Of a stretch of 64,000 nucleotides of DNA, positions 52,324-61,663 are shown piece after piece; within the stretch, counting starts at the first letter, position 1, and the number at the start of each line of letters is the position of its first letter. The notes under the pieces were generated by a model. It saw only the letters and a program-made list of their open reading frames with translations. It was not told the origin of the DNA and made no database searches. The translations under genes and the position numbers were made by a program. The DNA lies in the sequence record SRR31156797_3892; one strand, written 5' to 3'.

Positions 52324-54231
52324 ATGCGGCGAGTGATTCTTTTCATACTTGCGCTGGCAGCCTGTAACAACATTTACGGGCAGCTCCCGGAATTATTGGT
52401 ATTTTCGATTGACAGCAATTTGATGGCTCAGGCCGATGCGGTAATCCGATACCATCATACCTCCATCGAACGAAAATCCAAAAAAAAGGCAGTCATCAAA
52501 GTTGAATATGCCGTCACGGTTTTAAACAGGGATGGCCGAAAGCATGCCCGGCTGGTTCTGCCTTATGATTCACGGGAATCAATATCCCGAATTGATGGTA
52601 AAATTTACAATTTATTGGGCATCCTGAAAAGTGAACTCAAAAAGGACGACATCAAGGATTATTCAAACTTTGCGGATTATACTTTTTTTGCTGATTCCAG
52701 GGTAAAGACTGCCAACGTATTGTCAGACGATTACCCGTTTACGGTTGCTTATACTTATACTATCCAGGTCAACGGTCTGGTTGGTATCGACACCTGGATG
52801 CCACTACGCACACCACATGTTTCGCTGGAGAGCGCCAAACTCAATATTGAAACTCCCGAAGACCTGCCCATCCGGCATAAGGAAATGAATGCTGAATTTG
52901 ATTTTGATTCCCATACCTCAGATGGCAAGGTTTTTTATACGTGGAGTTTAAAAAGCCTGGAAGCTTACGAAAACGAGCCCTACATGCCGCCACGAAAAAA
53001 CTTTTTGCCGATGGTCATGCTAGCACCCAACGAATTTGAATACAACCATACAGCAGGAAATTTTGAATCCTGGAACGGCTATGGACAATGGGTTTACAGC
53101 ATCCAGCTTGACCGGCAGCAACTCCCTGACGAAACAGTTGATGAAATCGAACAGTTAACCGCCGGCGACACCAGCTCCAGGCAAACCATCAACACGGTTT
53201 ATAAATATGTGCAGCAAAATACCAGGTATGTCAATATATCGCTGGGAATTGGCGGATTTCAACCGATGGCAGCCGCTACTGTTGATGAAACCGGTTATGG
53301 CGATTGCAAGGCCCTCACCAATTATACACGGGCTTGCCTTTCGGTAGCCGGCATCGATTCCTACTATGCAGAGATCATCAACCGCAGGTACCCTGATCCG
53401 CTTAACCTTGACTTCCCGAGCATTAACCAAACCAACCACGTAATCCTGGCTGTACCGGAGCAAAACGATACCATCTGGCTGGAATGTACAAATCAAAATA
53501 TTCCATCCGGACACATTAGCAGGTCGAATACAAACCGTAATGCTGTGCTTGTAACACCTGCCGGCGGAAAAATTGCCAACACGCCGAATTTTGGATTCCA
53601 CGAGAACCAGATCATATCCGGAATCGATTTTCTTATGAATGATCAGGGACAGGTAACCGGAAACGCCCATATTGAATATAACGGGAACAGTTGCGACCCA
53701 TATTATGGCCTGCTTAAAAAATCGGCCAAAGAAAAAAAGGAATGGCTGTTAAAAGAATTCCTTCCCGACAACATTCAGTTATCAGCTTTTGAAGTGGGTG
53801 CAGCATATGACTCCTCGTATCATATTAAGCTGGATATGGACATCCACAAGGATAAGTTTGCTCAACTTGTTGGCAAACGATTGATATTTGAACCACTGGT
53901 TTTCCATCGCCGTGATATGTCTCATTTTGATGCCGAAGAACGCAACCATGATTTTTTTACATCGATGGGCGAAACCCGTACAGATACCATCCTGTATAAA
54001 ATCCCCGAAAATTACGAAATTGAGTTTTTACCCCAAAATACTGAATCATCCTGTGAGGTGGGAAGTTATGAGCTGAATTTTGAAAAAGGTGATGGTTGGA
54101 TCAAAATTTCGAGGCAATTGGTTATAAAACAGGGGTTATACCCTAAATCTACCTATCGTGATATTTATACGTTTTTCAAATCAATAGCTGACGGTGACCA
54201 ATCTAACATCGTGTTGAAAATGAAAGAATAG
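52324..54231 (+). CDS. DUF3857/transglutaminase-like protein with Cys-His motifs
   Basis: Signal peptide; YVQQNTRYV, GIGGFQP, YGDCKALTNY, NHVIL, WLECT. Confidence 0.85.
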   Translation: MRRVILFILALAACNNIYGQLPELLVFSIDSNLMAQADAVIRYHHTSIERKSKKKAVIKVEYAVTVLNRDGRKHARLVLPYDSRESISRIDGKIYNLLGILKSELKKDDIKDYSNFADYTFFADSRVKTANVLSDDYPFTVAYTYTIQVNGLVGIDTWMPLRTPHVSLESAKLNIETPEDLPIRHKEMNAEFDFDSHTSDGKVFYTWSLKSLEAYENEPYMPPRKNFLPMVMLAPNEFEYNHTAGNFESWNGYGQWVYSIQLDRQQLPDETVDEIEQLTAGDTSSRQTINTVYKYVQQNTRYVNISLGIGGFQPMAAATVDETGYGDCKALTNYTRACLSVAGIDSYYAEIINRRYPDPLNLDFPSINQTNHVILAVPEQNDTIWLECTNQNIPSGHISRSNTNRNAVLVTPAGGKIANTPNFGFHENQIISGIDFLMNDQGQVTGNAHIEYNGNSCDPYYGLLKKSAKEKKEWLLKEFLPDNIQLSAFEVGAAYDSSYHIKLDMDIHKDKFAQLVGKRLIFEPLVFHRRDMSHFDAEERNHDFFTSMGETRTDTILYKIPENYEIEFLPQNTESSCEVGSYELNFEKGDGWIKISRQLVIKQGLYPKSTYRDIYTFFKSIADGDQSNIVLKMKE

Positions 54232-54380
54232 CCCATCCATAATTTATGGACAGTTTTTCCCTTCATACACTGATAATTTGTTAATTTACTGTTAAATAAC
54301 TCCTTATAAACGCGTAAGGTTAAACATATATGCAGATTTAAACTTTAGTATGGGTTGACATCATCAAAAAGTAACAGCCC

Positions 54381-55361
54381 ATGCAAGGCCTCAACCTGAA
54401 CACACAGGATGTTTTAGACAAACTTAAATCTGCATTTATGGAATCGAACAAGAGCAGTGACCCACCTGCAGAAAATCCGGAACAGGAAATTCAAACAACT
54501 CCTCCCGCACCTCAACCCCTTACTTCAGGAAGTATTTTTGCCGCCATATTAAATGGGCTTGGCGTTGGACTACTCCTTGGTGTATTGCTGGGCTTGGCCG
54601 TTTCGCCGGTGGTAAGTGGCGTAATCGGAACACTGTCTTCTATTCTGGTGGTGTTGCTGGGGCTGAACGACAAGCACATCACCACCCTGAAAAGCCTGCG
54701 CATCGGATCGTTTGGCCTGTTTGCAGTAATTGGTGTTTTGGCCGGAATGTACATCCGGGTAAGTGAACCGCTTGCACCCAAAACCACAGACCTGAAAACA
54801 GAGTACACCAAAGCCGGCTACAGCGATGATCAGGCCCTGTATTATGTGGCCTTGAAAAAATTTGATTACGTGCCGGTGGGCTGGTTTGGCACCTCGGAGA
54901 AGGATACCGTGGCCATGTCGAAAGCAGATAAGCATGATCAGAGTGTATTGTTTTCCTCAGAAGTGGAACTGGATGTTTGTGATAACCTTAACGAGGTGGA
55001 CGACACTTTTCCCAGAATTGAGATTTTCTATTCGTTTGAAAATGCCGGCGGATTTTGGAAAGAGTTGGCTACCGAAATGCCCGATGAACTCCCTGACCAG
55101 GTTTATGTTGATGGCCTGCTGGGAATCCGCGACAGTTTTTGTGCTTTGGGAAACCAGGGCAAAGCTACTATTGAAGATAATAAACAATTGGCAGCCTTAA
55201 CCACAGAAAATTCCGCTGAACAGATAAAAACCTCATTGAACCAGGCCGGTGGCGCCTGGGAATCCATATTGAAAAACACTGAACAAAAAATACCTGCTGA
55301 ACATCAGGTCACATTTTATTTAACCGTTATTAAAATTTTAAACAATGAAGACAAAAATTAA
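54381..55361 (+). CDS. Uncharacterised membrane protein with glycine-rich TM helices and an internal AGGxW repeat
   Basis: GLGVGLLLGVLLGLAVSPVVSGVIG, three hydrophobic helices; overlaps the next gene by 17 nt; start may be the later MESNK. Confidence 0.75.
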   Translation: MQGLNLNTQDVLDKLKSAFMESNKSSDPPAENPEQEIQTTPPAPQPLTSGSIFAAILNGLGVGLLLGVLLGLAVSPVVSGVIGTLSSILVVLLGLNDKHITTLKSLRIGSFGLFAVIGVLAGMYIRVSEPLAPKTTDLKTEYTKAGYSDDQALYYVALKKFDYVPVGWFGTSEKDTVAMSKADKHDQSVLFSSEVELDVCDNLNEVDDTFPRIEIFYSFENAGGFWKELATEMPDELPDQVYVDGLLGIRDSFCALGNQGKATIEDNKQLAALTTENSAEQIKTSLNQAGGAWESILKNTEQKIPAEHQVTFYLTVIKILNNEDKN

Positions 55362-56907
55362 CTTGTTTCTGCTTTTCATTTTTGTTTCGTTTTTGGCAAC
55401 AGCCCAAAAGTTTAACCCAGTCGAGACAGAGAAATCGCTTGTCAGAATCGAGATAAAGCAAGGAACAAAAGGCTATGCCAGTAGTGGATTTATCTGGAAG
55501 GATCCTTCAACGGTGGTCACTTCACTTCATGCCATGAAAAAGGGAGCAACCTACAAGGTCTTTTACAACAATAAATACCCCCGCGATGCCGAGGTTTATA
55601 AAGTCTATAAAGAAGCAGACCTGGTATTATTGAAGACCAACATCGATGAAAGGCCACTGACCAGTGAGGTAAAACCTATTACAAGCTATAACAGCACCAG
55701 ACCTGAATTTGGTGATAAACTATACGCCCAGGGATTTCATGGGGGTTCGAAAGGGCACAGGACCACCCCGCTTGAAAAAAATGCTGCCAACCCTGAGACT
55801 TTAAAAATGCTGGTATGGGAATCAGAAAAACGCCAAACCCTGATCGACCTGGGTTTTCCAAGCATCGATCTGAATATCCTTTACCTTGTTGGAAGCTTGC
55901 TGCCGGGCTATTCAGGATCCCCCATTTATAATACAAAAGGCGAATTGGTGGCCATTGGTAATGGTGGCCTTGAAAACGGCGCAACGGGCGTTAGCTGGGC
56001 TATCCCCGCAAGTTATCTCGAAAAACTCGATAATTCATCTATTTCTTCACTCCCCACAAATCTAAATCAAATCGACCTGTTGATGTCATCGCAGGTAGAA
56101 GTGGAAATTGACCCGAACGATAACAGTGACGACGCCATCCAACGCAAAATGGTGGAACAATATACTGTGTATGAAGGTGGTGTTTTTGAATTTGTAAAAA
56201 CCAAAAGCAGGTCATTCGACGAAATGTATAATTCCTCTTTCGAAACAGAAAACCTGGATTATTTCATCGAAAATCTTGAGGATGCTGATCTGGAAGTTGA
56301 TTTTGAATTTATCCAATTCGATCTTTACGAAGACATGAATAACGGCGTAACCATTGCTGTTCCTGAAGAAAGCCGGCTGGTTTATGATCCGGAAAGCGGA
56401 AGTTTTTCTGTGGATCTTTCAAATTACGATTTGAGCGAATATTTCTCACTGGAATACTTTGGATATGAAGATGAATACAACGAAATCGAGGATGTGGATA
56501 TGGCGGCTGATATGCTTTTAGAACAAATTGATGAAATGATTGGAAGCGAATATGGTGGATTTTATGAAGATGAAGATTTTTCTTTCAGTATGGAGTTGGG
56601 AAGGGACTCAGAGGTTGTTTATATCCTCTATCACAGTTACAACACCAAATTCGAAGATTATGATGAAGATTATCATGCCTTGAGAATTTATTTCACTGTT
56701 CTGAAAAGAGGCAATAGCTATTTCTATTCGATGTGCACCATAAGCCTGCCTACCGAAAAAATGGGTGAGGTTCTGGAAACAGGTTTAGACTGTGTTGATG
56801 GTTATGAAGAGTATCCTGAGGCCTGTGAATTTTTCGAGGGCTATATCCGGGTTCAGGCAGCAGCCCAGTTTACCACACTTTCGGGTAGCCTGATTTCCGG
56901 AAAATAA
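55345..56907 (+). CDS. Exported trypsin-like (S1) serine protease with acidic C-terminal domain
   Basis: Signal peptide ending ATA-Q; SGF, VTSLH, ADLVLL and PGYSGSP triad motifs. Confidence 0.82.
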   Translation: MKTKINLFLLFIFVSFLATAQKFNPVETEKSLVRIEIKQGTKGYASSGFIWKDPSTVVTSLHAMKKGATYKVFYNNKYPRDAEVYKVYKEADLVLLKTNIDERPLTSEVKPITSYNSTRPEFGDKLYAQGFHGGSKGHRTTPLEKNAANPETLKMLVWESEKRQTLIDLGFPSIDLNILYLVGSLLPGYSGSPIYNTKGELVAIGNGGLENGATGVSWAIPASYLEKLDNSSISSLPTNLNQIDLLMSSQVEVEIDPNDNSDDAIQRKMVEQYTVYEGGVFEFVKTKSRSFDEMYNSSFETENLDYFIENLEDADLEVDFEFIQFDLYEDMNNGVTIAVPEESRLVYDPESGSFSVDLSNYDLSEYFSLEYFGYEDEYNEIEDVDMAADMLLEQIDEMIGSEYGGFYEDEDFSFSMELGRDSEVVYILYHSYNTKFEDYDEDYHALRIYFTVLKRGNSYFYSMCTISLPTEKMGEVLETGLDCVDGYEEYPEACEFFEGYIRVQAAAQFTTLSGSLISGK

Positions 56908-57048
56908 GCTTACGAGTTTAACGATGGAATAGATGAAAGCCTAAACAGACTTTCTGATTTTTGTGGAAAAGATGGCGACCTGAATTTTTATTTGCAAGCA
57001 ATTTTACTCTTAGTTTGTTTTCTGCTCAGTTGATAAAGAGTTGTATAT

Positions 57049-58254
57049 TTGGGCGTGGCCATAAGAGAAGATAAACATCGCAGTCAGGGCAGAAAAGTAT
57101 TTTACGACCAGCACCTCCGGATTATTTTTTCGATAACGCTCATTGCTGTGATGGGAGTAGCTTCCCTTACACCCGCTTTTCCAAAAATCAAAGAAGCTCT
57201 GGGCATCAGCAACCATCAAATCGGTTACCTGATCACGGTTTTTACCCTGCCCGGGATATTCCTCAATCCGGTTCTGGGCATCCTTGCCGACCGTTTTGGC
57301 CGGAAAACCATCCTTGTTCCTTCCCTGTTTTTATTTGCCATTGCCGGCGCAGCATGTGGGTTTACCCGGGATTTCGAGCTTTTGTTGGTATTCCGGTTTT
57401 TCCAGGGTGTGGGCGCTGCAAGCCTGGGATCGATAAATGTAACATTGATTGGAGATTTTTACCAGGGCCGTAAGCGTGCCGAAGCCATGGGGACCAACGC
57501 CAGTGTACTGAGTATTGGCACTGCATTGTATCCTGCAATAGGCGGAGGCCTGGCTATGCTGGGATGGCATTATCCTTTCTACTTTCCCGTTGTAGCTATC
57601 CCGGTGGCCATATGGGTGATGGCATCACTCAACCCGCCAAGAGCCGAATCCGGCCAATCATTGGTAAATTATTTAAAAGGTGTCGGCAAATACCTTGCCG
57701 ACAAGAATGTGATCGTCCTTTTCCTGATCAGCGTTTTCACATTCATCATCCTCTACGGTTCATACCTCACCTATCTCCCCCTGATATTGCATGATAAATT
57801 CTCGGCACATTCCTGGGAAATCGGCCTGATCATATCCATGGGATCGGTGGCCACCGCCATCACATCTCCGCAACTCGGGAAACTTTCGAGCCGTTTCAAT
57901 TTTAAATTGCTGCTGGTTTTTGCAAACGGGCTTTATATTCTAAGTATGGTGATGATCCCCATAATAAGTGCGAAATGGCTGATGGTTCTGGCAACTGTAA
58001 CGTTCGGGGTGGCTATGGGGATCAACATTCCCGGCATCCAGACCCTGCTGGCCGGCAGTGTACCGATGCAATACCGTGCGGCATTTATGTCGGTGAACGG
58101 CAGTGTGCTTCGCCTGGGGCAAACACTGGGGCCTGTACTTACCGGTCTGGCTTATGCTCTCGGCGGAATGCAGGCAGCATTTTTTACCGGGGCAGCCTCG
58201 GCCATCATCGTGATCCTCCTGTTGATTTTCCTGGCTGGAAAGTTCCCGGGATAA
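57049..58254 (+). CDS. MFS transporter (start may be GTG at 57055)
   Basis: GILADRFGRK motif A, RFFQGVG, about 12 TM helices. Confidence 0.9.
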   Translation: MGVAIREDKHRSQGRKVFYDQHLRIIFSITLIAVMGVASLTPAFPKIKEALGISNHQIGYLITVFTLPGIFLNPVLGILADRFGRKTILVPSLFLFAIAGAACGFTRDFELLLVFRFFQGVGAASLGSINVTLIGDFYQGRKRAEAMGTNASVLSIGTALYPAIGGGLAMLGWHYPFYFPVVAIPVAIWVMASLNPPRAESGQSLVNYLKGVGKYLADKNVIVLFLISVFTFIILYGSYLTYLPLILHDKFSAHSWEIGLIISMGSVATAITSPQLGKLSSRFNFKLLLVFANGLYILSMVMIPIISAKWLMVLATVTFGVAMGINIPGIQTLLAGSVPMQYRAAFMSVNGSVLRLGQTLGPVLTGLAYALGGMQAAFFTGAASAIIVILLLIFLAGKFPG

Positions 58255-58564
58255 CCTTTTATCAATACATTTAATAAATTACGAATCAGTCGGGACTGGT
58301 GAGCAACTCAAAAAATCCAGACTCCGAAATTCATCAGGCGTATGTCCCTGGCCTCAAACACGGGATTTTTTTCCTGATCGAAATCAAAAGTTGCAAAACT
58401 TCAAATATGATCGTGTTGAAATAAATTTCCCCGATCAAAATAAAATATCAAAGCCGGCGCAACAATATTTCCGGCTTTAGTTTTATCGGAAAGCCTGATC
58501 ATCAAAATCAAAAAGAAAGAACCGGGTTTGCCAACAAACCAAGCTCATACTTGTTTTTGGTAAA

Positions 58565-59431
58565 ATGCACGATATCAAAACATACACACAGGTTCATCAC
58601 CACGATGAGGCCTTAAGCTTCAGGATATCCCGGATGGAAGACATCTGGGACATCCGTAAAGGTGCGCAGGACGAACCGCACAGGCATGATTATTTTACCA
58701 TGCTACTTGTTAAAAAAGCAAGGGGAAACCACATCATCGATTTTTTTGAGTTTCCAATGGAAGGGATGCATCTTTACTTCATCAGCCCCGGCCAGGTACA
58801 CCAAGTGATCGAGGAAGAGAAATCCTATGGCTATGCCATTTTGTTTTCTGAGCAATTCCTCATCGAAAATCATATCCCCACTTTTTTCATCGAAGATTTG
58901 GGCTTATTCAACGATTATGGCCAATCCCCTCCCCTTCCGGTAAATGATCAGGAAATGGAAAAATTGTCCGCATTTGCAGAAGAAATCGTGAGGGTTTATG
59001 AATCCGATCAAAAGTTTAAGGATACGGCCATAAGTTCATACCTAAAACTCATGCTCATCCAGTGCAACAACCTTTGCACACTGAGTGGCGGCAATCCGCA
59101 AAATATTGAAGCCGGTAATTCCATCCTGAAAAATTTCAAAACGCTGGTCAACGAAAATTATATGCGCTGGCACCAAACTTCTGATTATGCCGCCGAACTC
59201 AGTGTAACACCTGACCACCTGAACCGGGTGGTAAAATCACTGATCGGGAAAAATGCCAAAGAGGTGATCCAATCGAGGATTGTTTTGGCAGCGAAGCGAT
59301 TACTGTTTTTTTCGGCTTTGTCAACCAAAGAAATCGGATATAAATTAGGATTCTCCGAACCTGCCAATTTTAGTGCGTTTTTTAAGAAGTTTACGGGAGT
59401 GTCGCCTTCGCAGTTTGTCAGAAATAACTAA
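58565..59431 (+). CDS. AraC family transcriptional regulator
   Basis: PHRHDYF, PGQVH cupin; YAAELSVTPDHLNR, KEIGYKLGFSEPANFSAFFKK. Confidence 0.93.
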   Translation: MHDIKTYTQVHHHDEALSFRISRMEDIWDIRKGAQDEPHRHDYFTMLLVKKARGNHIIDFFEFPMEGMHLYFISPGQVHQVIEEEKSYGYAILFSEQFLIENHIPTFFIEDLGLFNDYGQSPPLPVNDQEMEKLSAFAEEIVRVYESDQKFKDTAISSYLKLMLIQCNNLCTLSGGNPQNIEAGNSILKNFKTLVNENYMRWHQTSDYAAELSVTPDHLNRVVKSLIGKNAKEVIQSRIVLAAKRLLFFSALSTKEIGYKLGFSEPANFSAFFKKFTGVSPSQFVRNN

Positions 59432-59485
59432 AACAGATATGCCTAATTATTAATACATTTGTATTGAAATATAGATTTGCTTATT

Positions 59486-59753
59486 ATGGTCACCATTAGT
59501 AAAGAACGAGTTGCTCACTGGATGTTACTTTCCTATAAAGCTGACATCCAAAACGTAAAAGATAAAATATTCGATTACGAGAAAAAATATGGCTTGAAAT
59601 TCAATCAGTTTGAGCATATCCTAAAAAAATGATGAGGATGAAGATTTTGAAAAATGGGATGACTATATGGAGTGGAAAGCATTTGAAAAATCTCTAATAA
59701 CACTTAATCAGGCAATTGATGAAATCAGCAGAGGTCAATTTAAAGTTGCTTGA
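59486..59753 (+). pseudogene. Frameshifted antitoxin (TumA-like partner of a DUF6516 toxin)
   Basis: MVTISKE..YEKKYGLKFNQFE then an extra A in the A7 run at 59623-59629; continues EDFEKWDDYMEWKAF in the next frame. Confidence 0.7.
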
Positions 59754-60054
59754 ACAAAGCAAATTCATTTCAACTTATGATGTTTAGACTTTCAGAGAAT
59801 TCGCTGATGGTTTTTTTGTAAAAATAGCTATACACCTGAAAGACCGGTCAAAACTCTTTTATAAAGAATATACTGATAGTAACGAACGCAATTATTCATT
59901 TCATTGGCACGACGATCATAACAAATTATTTGCCAGATGGGATAATGCCCCCTTTCATCCGGAAATTGAATCTTATCCTCATCATCTGCATGATGTTGAT
60001 GGAACCCATGCCGGCTATAACATCTTTCTTGAAGATGTATTAACATTTATTTAA
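59719..60054 (+). pseudogene. DUF6516/TumE-like toxin with in-frame TAG at codon 23
   Basis: YSFHW...RWDNAPFHPEIESYPHHLH motif; TAG at 59785-59787. Confidence 0.75.
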
Positions 60055-60251
60055 AACAGATGGGTCATAACATCTAGCCCGAACCGGTTAACTTTAGTAC
60101 GTTTTTTTGAGAAGAGCACAGAGATTCTGCCTTCACAATAACCCAACAGGCTTCCTCCCCAAAACAAAATTCTCAACTTTTTATAAAGCAACCCCCAACC
60201 ATAAAAAATCATAATCTGTTAACTGTTTATTTGAGTTCCAAGGGCTTATAT

Positions 60252-60537
60252 CTCTGCTCCCCCGGGCAGACCTGCTAGGTTACTCGAATATTGCCAGGGT
60301 AAATAACCTAACAGGTTTACCACCCATCAAAACCCTCAACGCCCATAAAACAGTCCCAGTCCAAAAAAATCAAAACATGTCAGGTTTACTTTTCATGTTG
60401 ACAAACCTAACAGGTCCAAATGCTTTACACTTTACTGAATTTCCAGGACTTCCACCTCTGCTCCAAAGGGCATACCTGTTAGGTTACAGGGACTTGCCCG
60501 GGTTGACTCTAACAGGGTTCGGAACCCTTTCGGAGTT
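60252..60537. repeat. Cluster of ACCTGT(C/T)AGGTT-type REP-like inverted repeats with a ~48-bp direct repeat
   Basis: IR pairs 60270-60282/60304-60316 and 60375-60387/60403-60415; ACTCTAACAGGGTT/AACCCTTTCGGAGT hairpin at ~60506-60536; 60252-60300 resembles 60456-60503. Confidence 0.7.
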
Positions 60538-60612
60538 CAATAACCAACTTTGCTTATCATTTACCGAAGCATTTTAGCGAATGTGAAAAAGCTTCAGAGA
60601 GCAATGTCGGCT

Positions 60613-60662
60613 TTTCATAACACCTTCCCTGTTTTTCATATTGACCTCGGAGGCGTTTCATA
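60613..60662 (+). promoter_or_regulatory. Three TTTCATA direct repeats at 21-22 bp spacing, putative AraC sites
   Basis: TTTCATA at 60613, 60634 and 60656, upstream of the pirin locus. Confidence 0.55.
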
Positions 60663-60692
60663 CGATCTTTGCATCATCAAATTTGAATAATC

Positions 60693-60809
60693 ATGGATCG
60701 AAAAAAATTCATACGAAATTCGTTGATTGCTGCAGCTGCCGGAATTACAGCTCCAGGCGTGCTCAACGCCAAAACAGGTAAGAAAGAAAATCTGATTACG
60801 AAAAATTAA
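60693..60809 (+). other. 38-codon ORF encoding a Tat-like leader, out of frame with pirin
   Basis: MDRKKFIRNSLIAAAAGITAPGVLNAKTGKKENLITKN*; its TAA overlaps the pirin-frame ATG (TAATG). Confidence 0.6.
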
Positions 60810-61570
60810 TGAACCAGGTTGGGTTTAACCACCTGCCAAACATGGAGAATAAAACCATGAACACAGTTTTGCATAGAGCCAACACCAGAGGCCATGCCAA
60901 CCACGGCTGGCTCGATTCACACCATACTTTTAGTTTTGCCAACTATTACAATCCCGACAGGATGCACTTTGGCGTGCTACGCGTACTCAACGACGACCGG
61001 GTAGCCGCCGGAGAGGGGTTCGGCACTCACCCGCACGACAACATGGAAATCATTTCCATTCCGCTTGAGGGCGACCTGGAACATAAAGACAGCATGGGTA
61101 ATATGGCCGTAATCAGGGAGGGCGATGTGCAGGTGATGAGCGCCGGTACCGGTGTATTCCACAGCGAGTATAATCGTAACGAGGACAGCGAAGTAAAGTT
61201 CTTGCAGATTTGGGTTTTCCCACGGGATAAAAATGTGGAACCCCGTTACGACCAGATTTCTCTGCGGGATATTGCGGAAAAGAACAAATTCTACCAAATT
61301 CTGTCACCAAACAAAAATGGCCAGGGGGTTTGGATTCACCAGGATGCGTGGTTCAGCCTTGGAAATTTCGAAAAAGGAAAATCAGACACCTACAAAATCA
61401 ATAAATCCGGGAATGGAGTTTACGCTTTCGTTTTAGATGGCGAAGCTGAAATCAACGGACAAAAACTGGAAAAGCGCGATGGCTTCGGCGTTTGGGACAC
61501 CGACAAAATTGATTTCAAAGCCACATCAGATACCAAAGTATTGCTGATGGAAGTACCGATGAAGGTTTAG
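60809..61570 (+). CDS. Pirin family protein (YhhW-like)
   Basis: RGHANHGWL, HTFSFA, LRVLNDD, GFGTHPHDNMEI, HKDSMGN, MSAGTG..HSE. Confidence 0.93.
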   Translation: MNQVGFNHLPNMENKTMNTVLHRANTRGHANHGWLDSHHTFSFANYYNPDRMHFGVLRVLNDDRVAAGEGFGTHPHDNMEIISIPLEGDLEHKDSMGNMAVIREGDVQVMSAGTGVFHSEYNRNEDSEVKFLQIWVFPRDKNVEPRYDQISLRDIAEKNKFYQILSPNKNGQGVWIHQDAWFSLGNFEKGKSDTYKINKSGNGVYAFVLDGEAEINGQKLEKRDGFGVWDTDKIDFKATSDTKVLLMEVPMKV

Positions 61571-61576
61571 AATTGT

Positions 61577-61603
61577 GTAGAGACGCCCAACTTGGGCGTC
61601 TCT
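61577..61603. repeat. GTAG-type REP-like palindrome
   Basis: GT-AGAGACGCCCAA-C-TTGGGCGTCTCT. Confidence 0.7.
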
Positions 61604-61663
61604 GTAACCTGTCTATATAATATCAAAATGAATTTATCAACAACTAAATAAAAATAGAAAACC

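Noticed and set aside
59785..59787. Stop-codon reassignment or pyrrolysine at the in-frame TAG
   Set aside because: TAG terminates ordinary genes in this window (rlmI, CoA-transferase, pirin) and the partner gene is also broken
59828..60046. 72-aa minus-strand ORF in the track
   Set aside because: Antisense shadow of the DUF6516-like pseudogene
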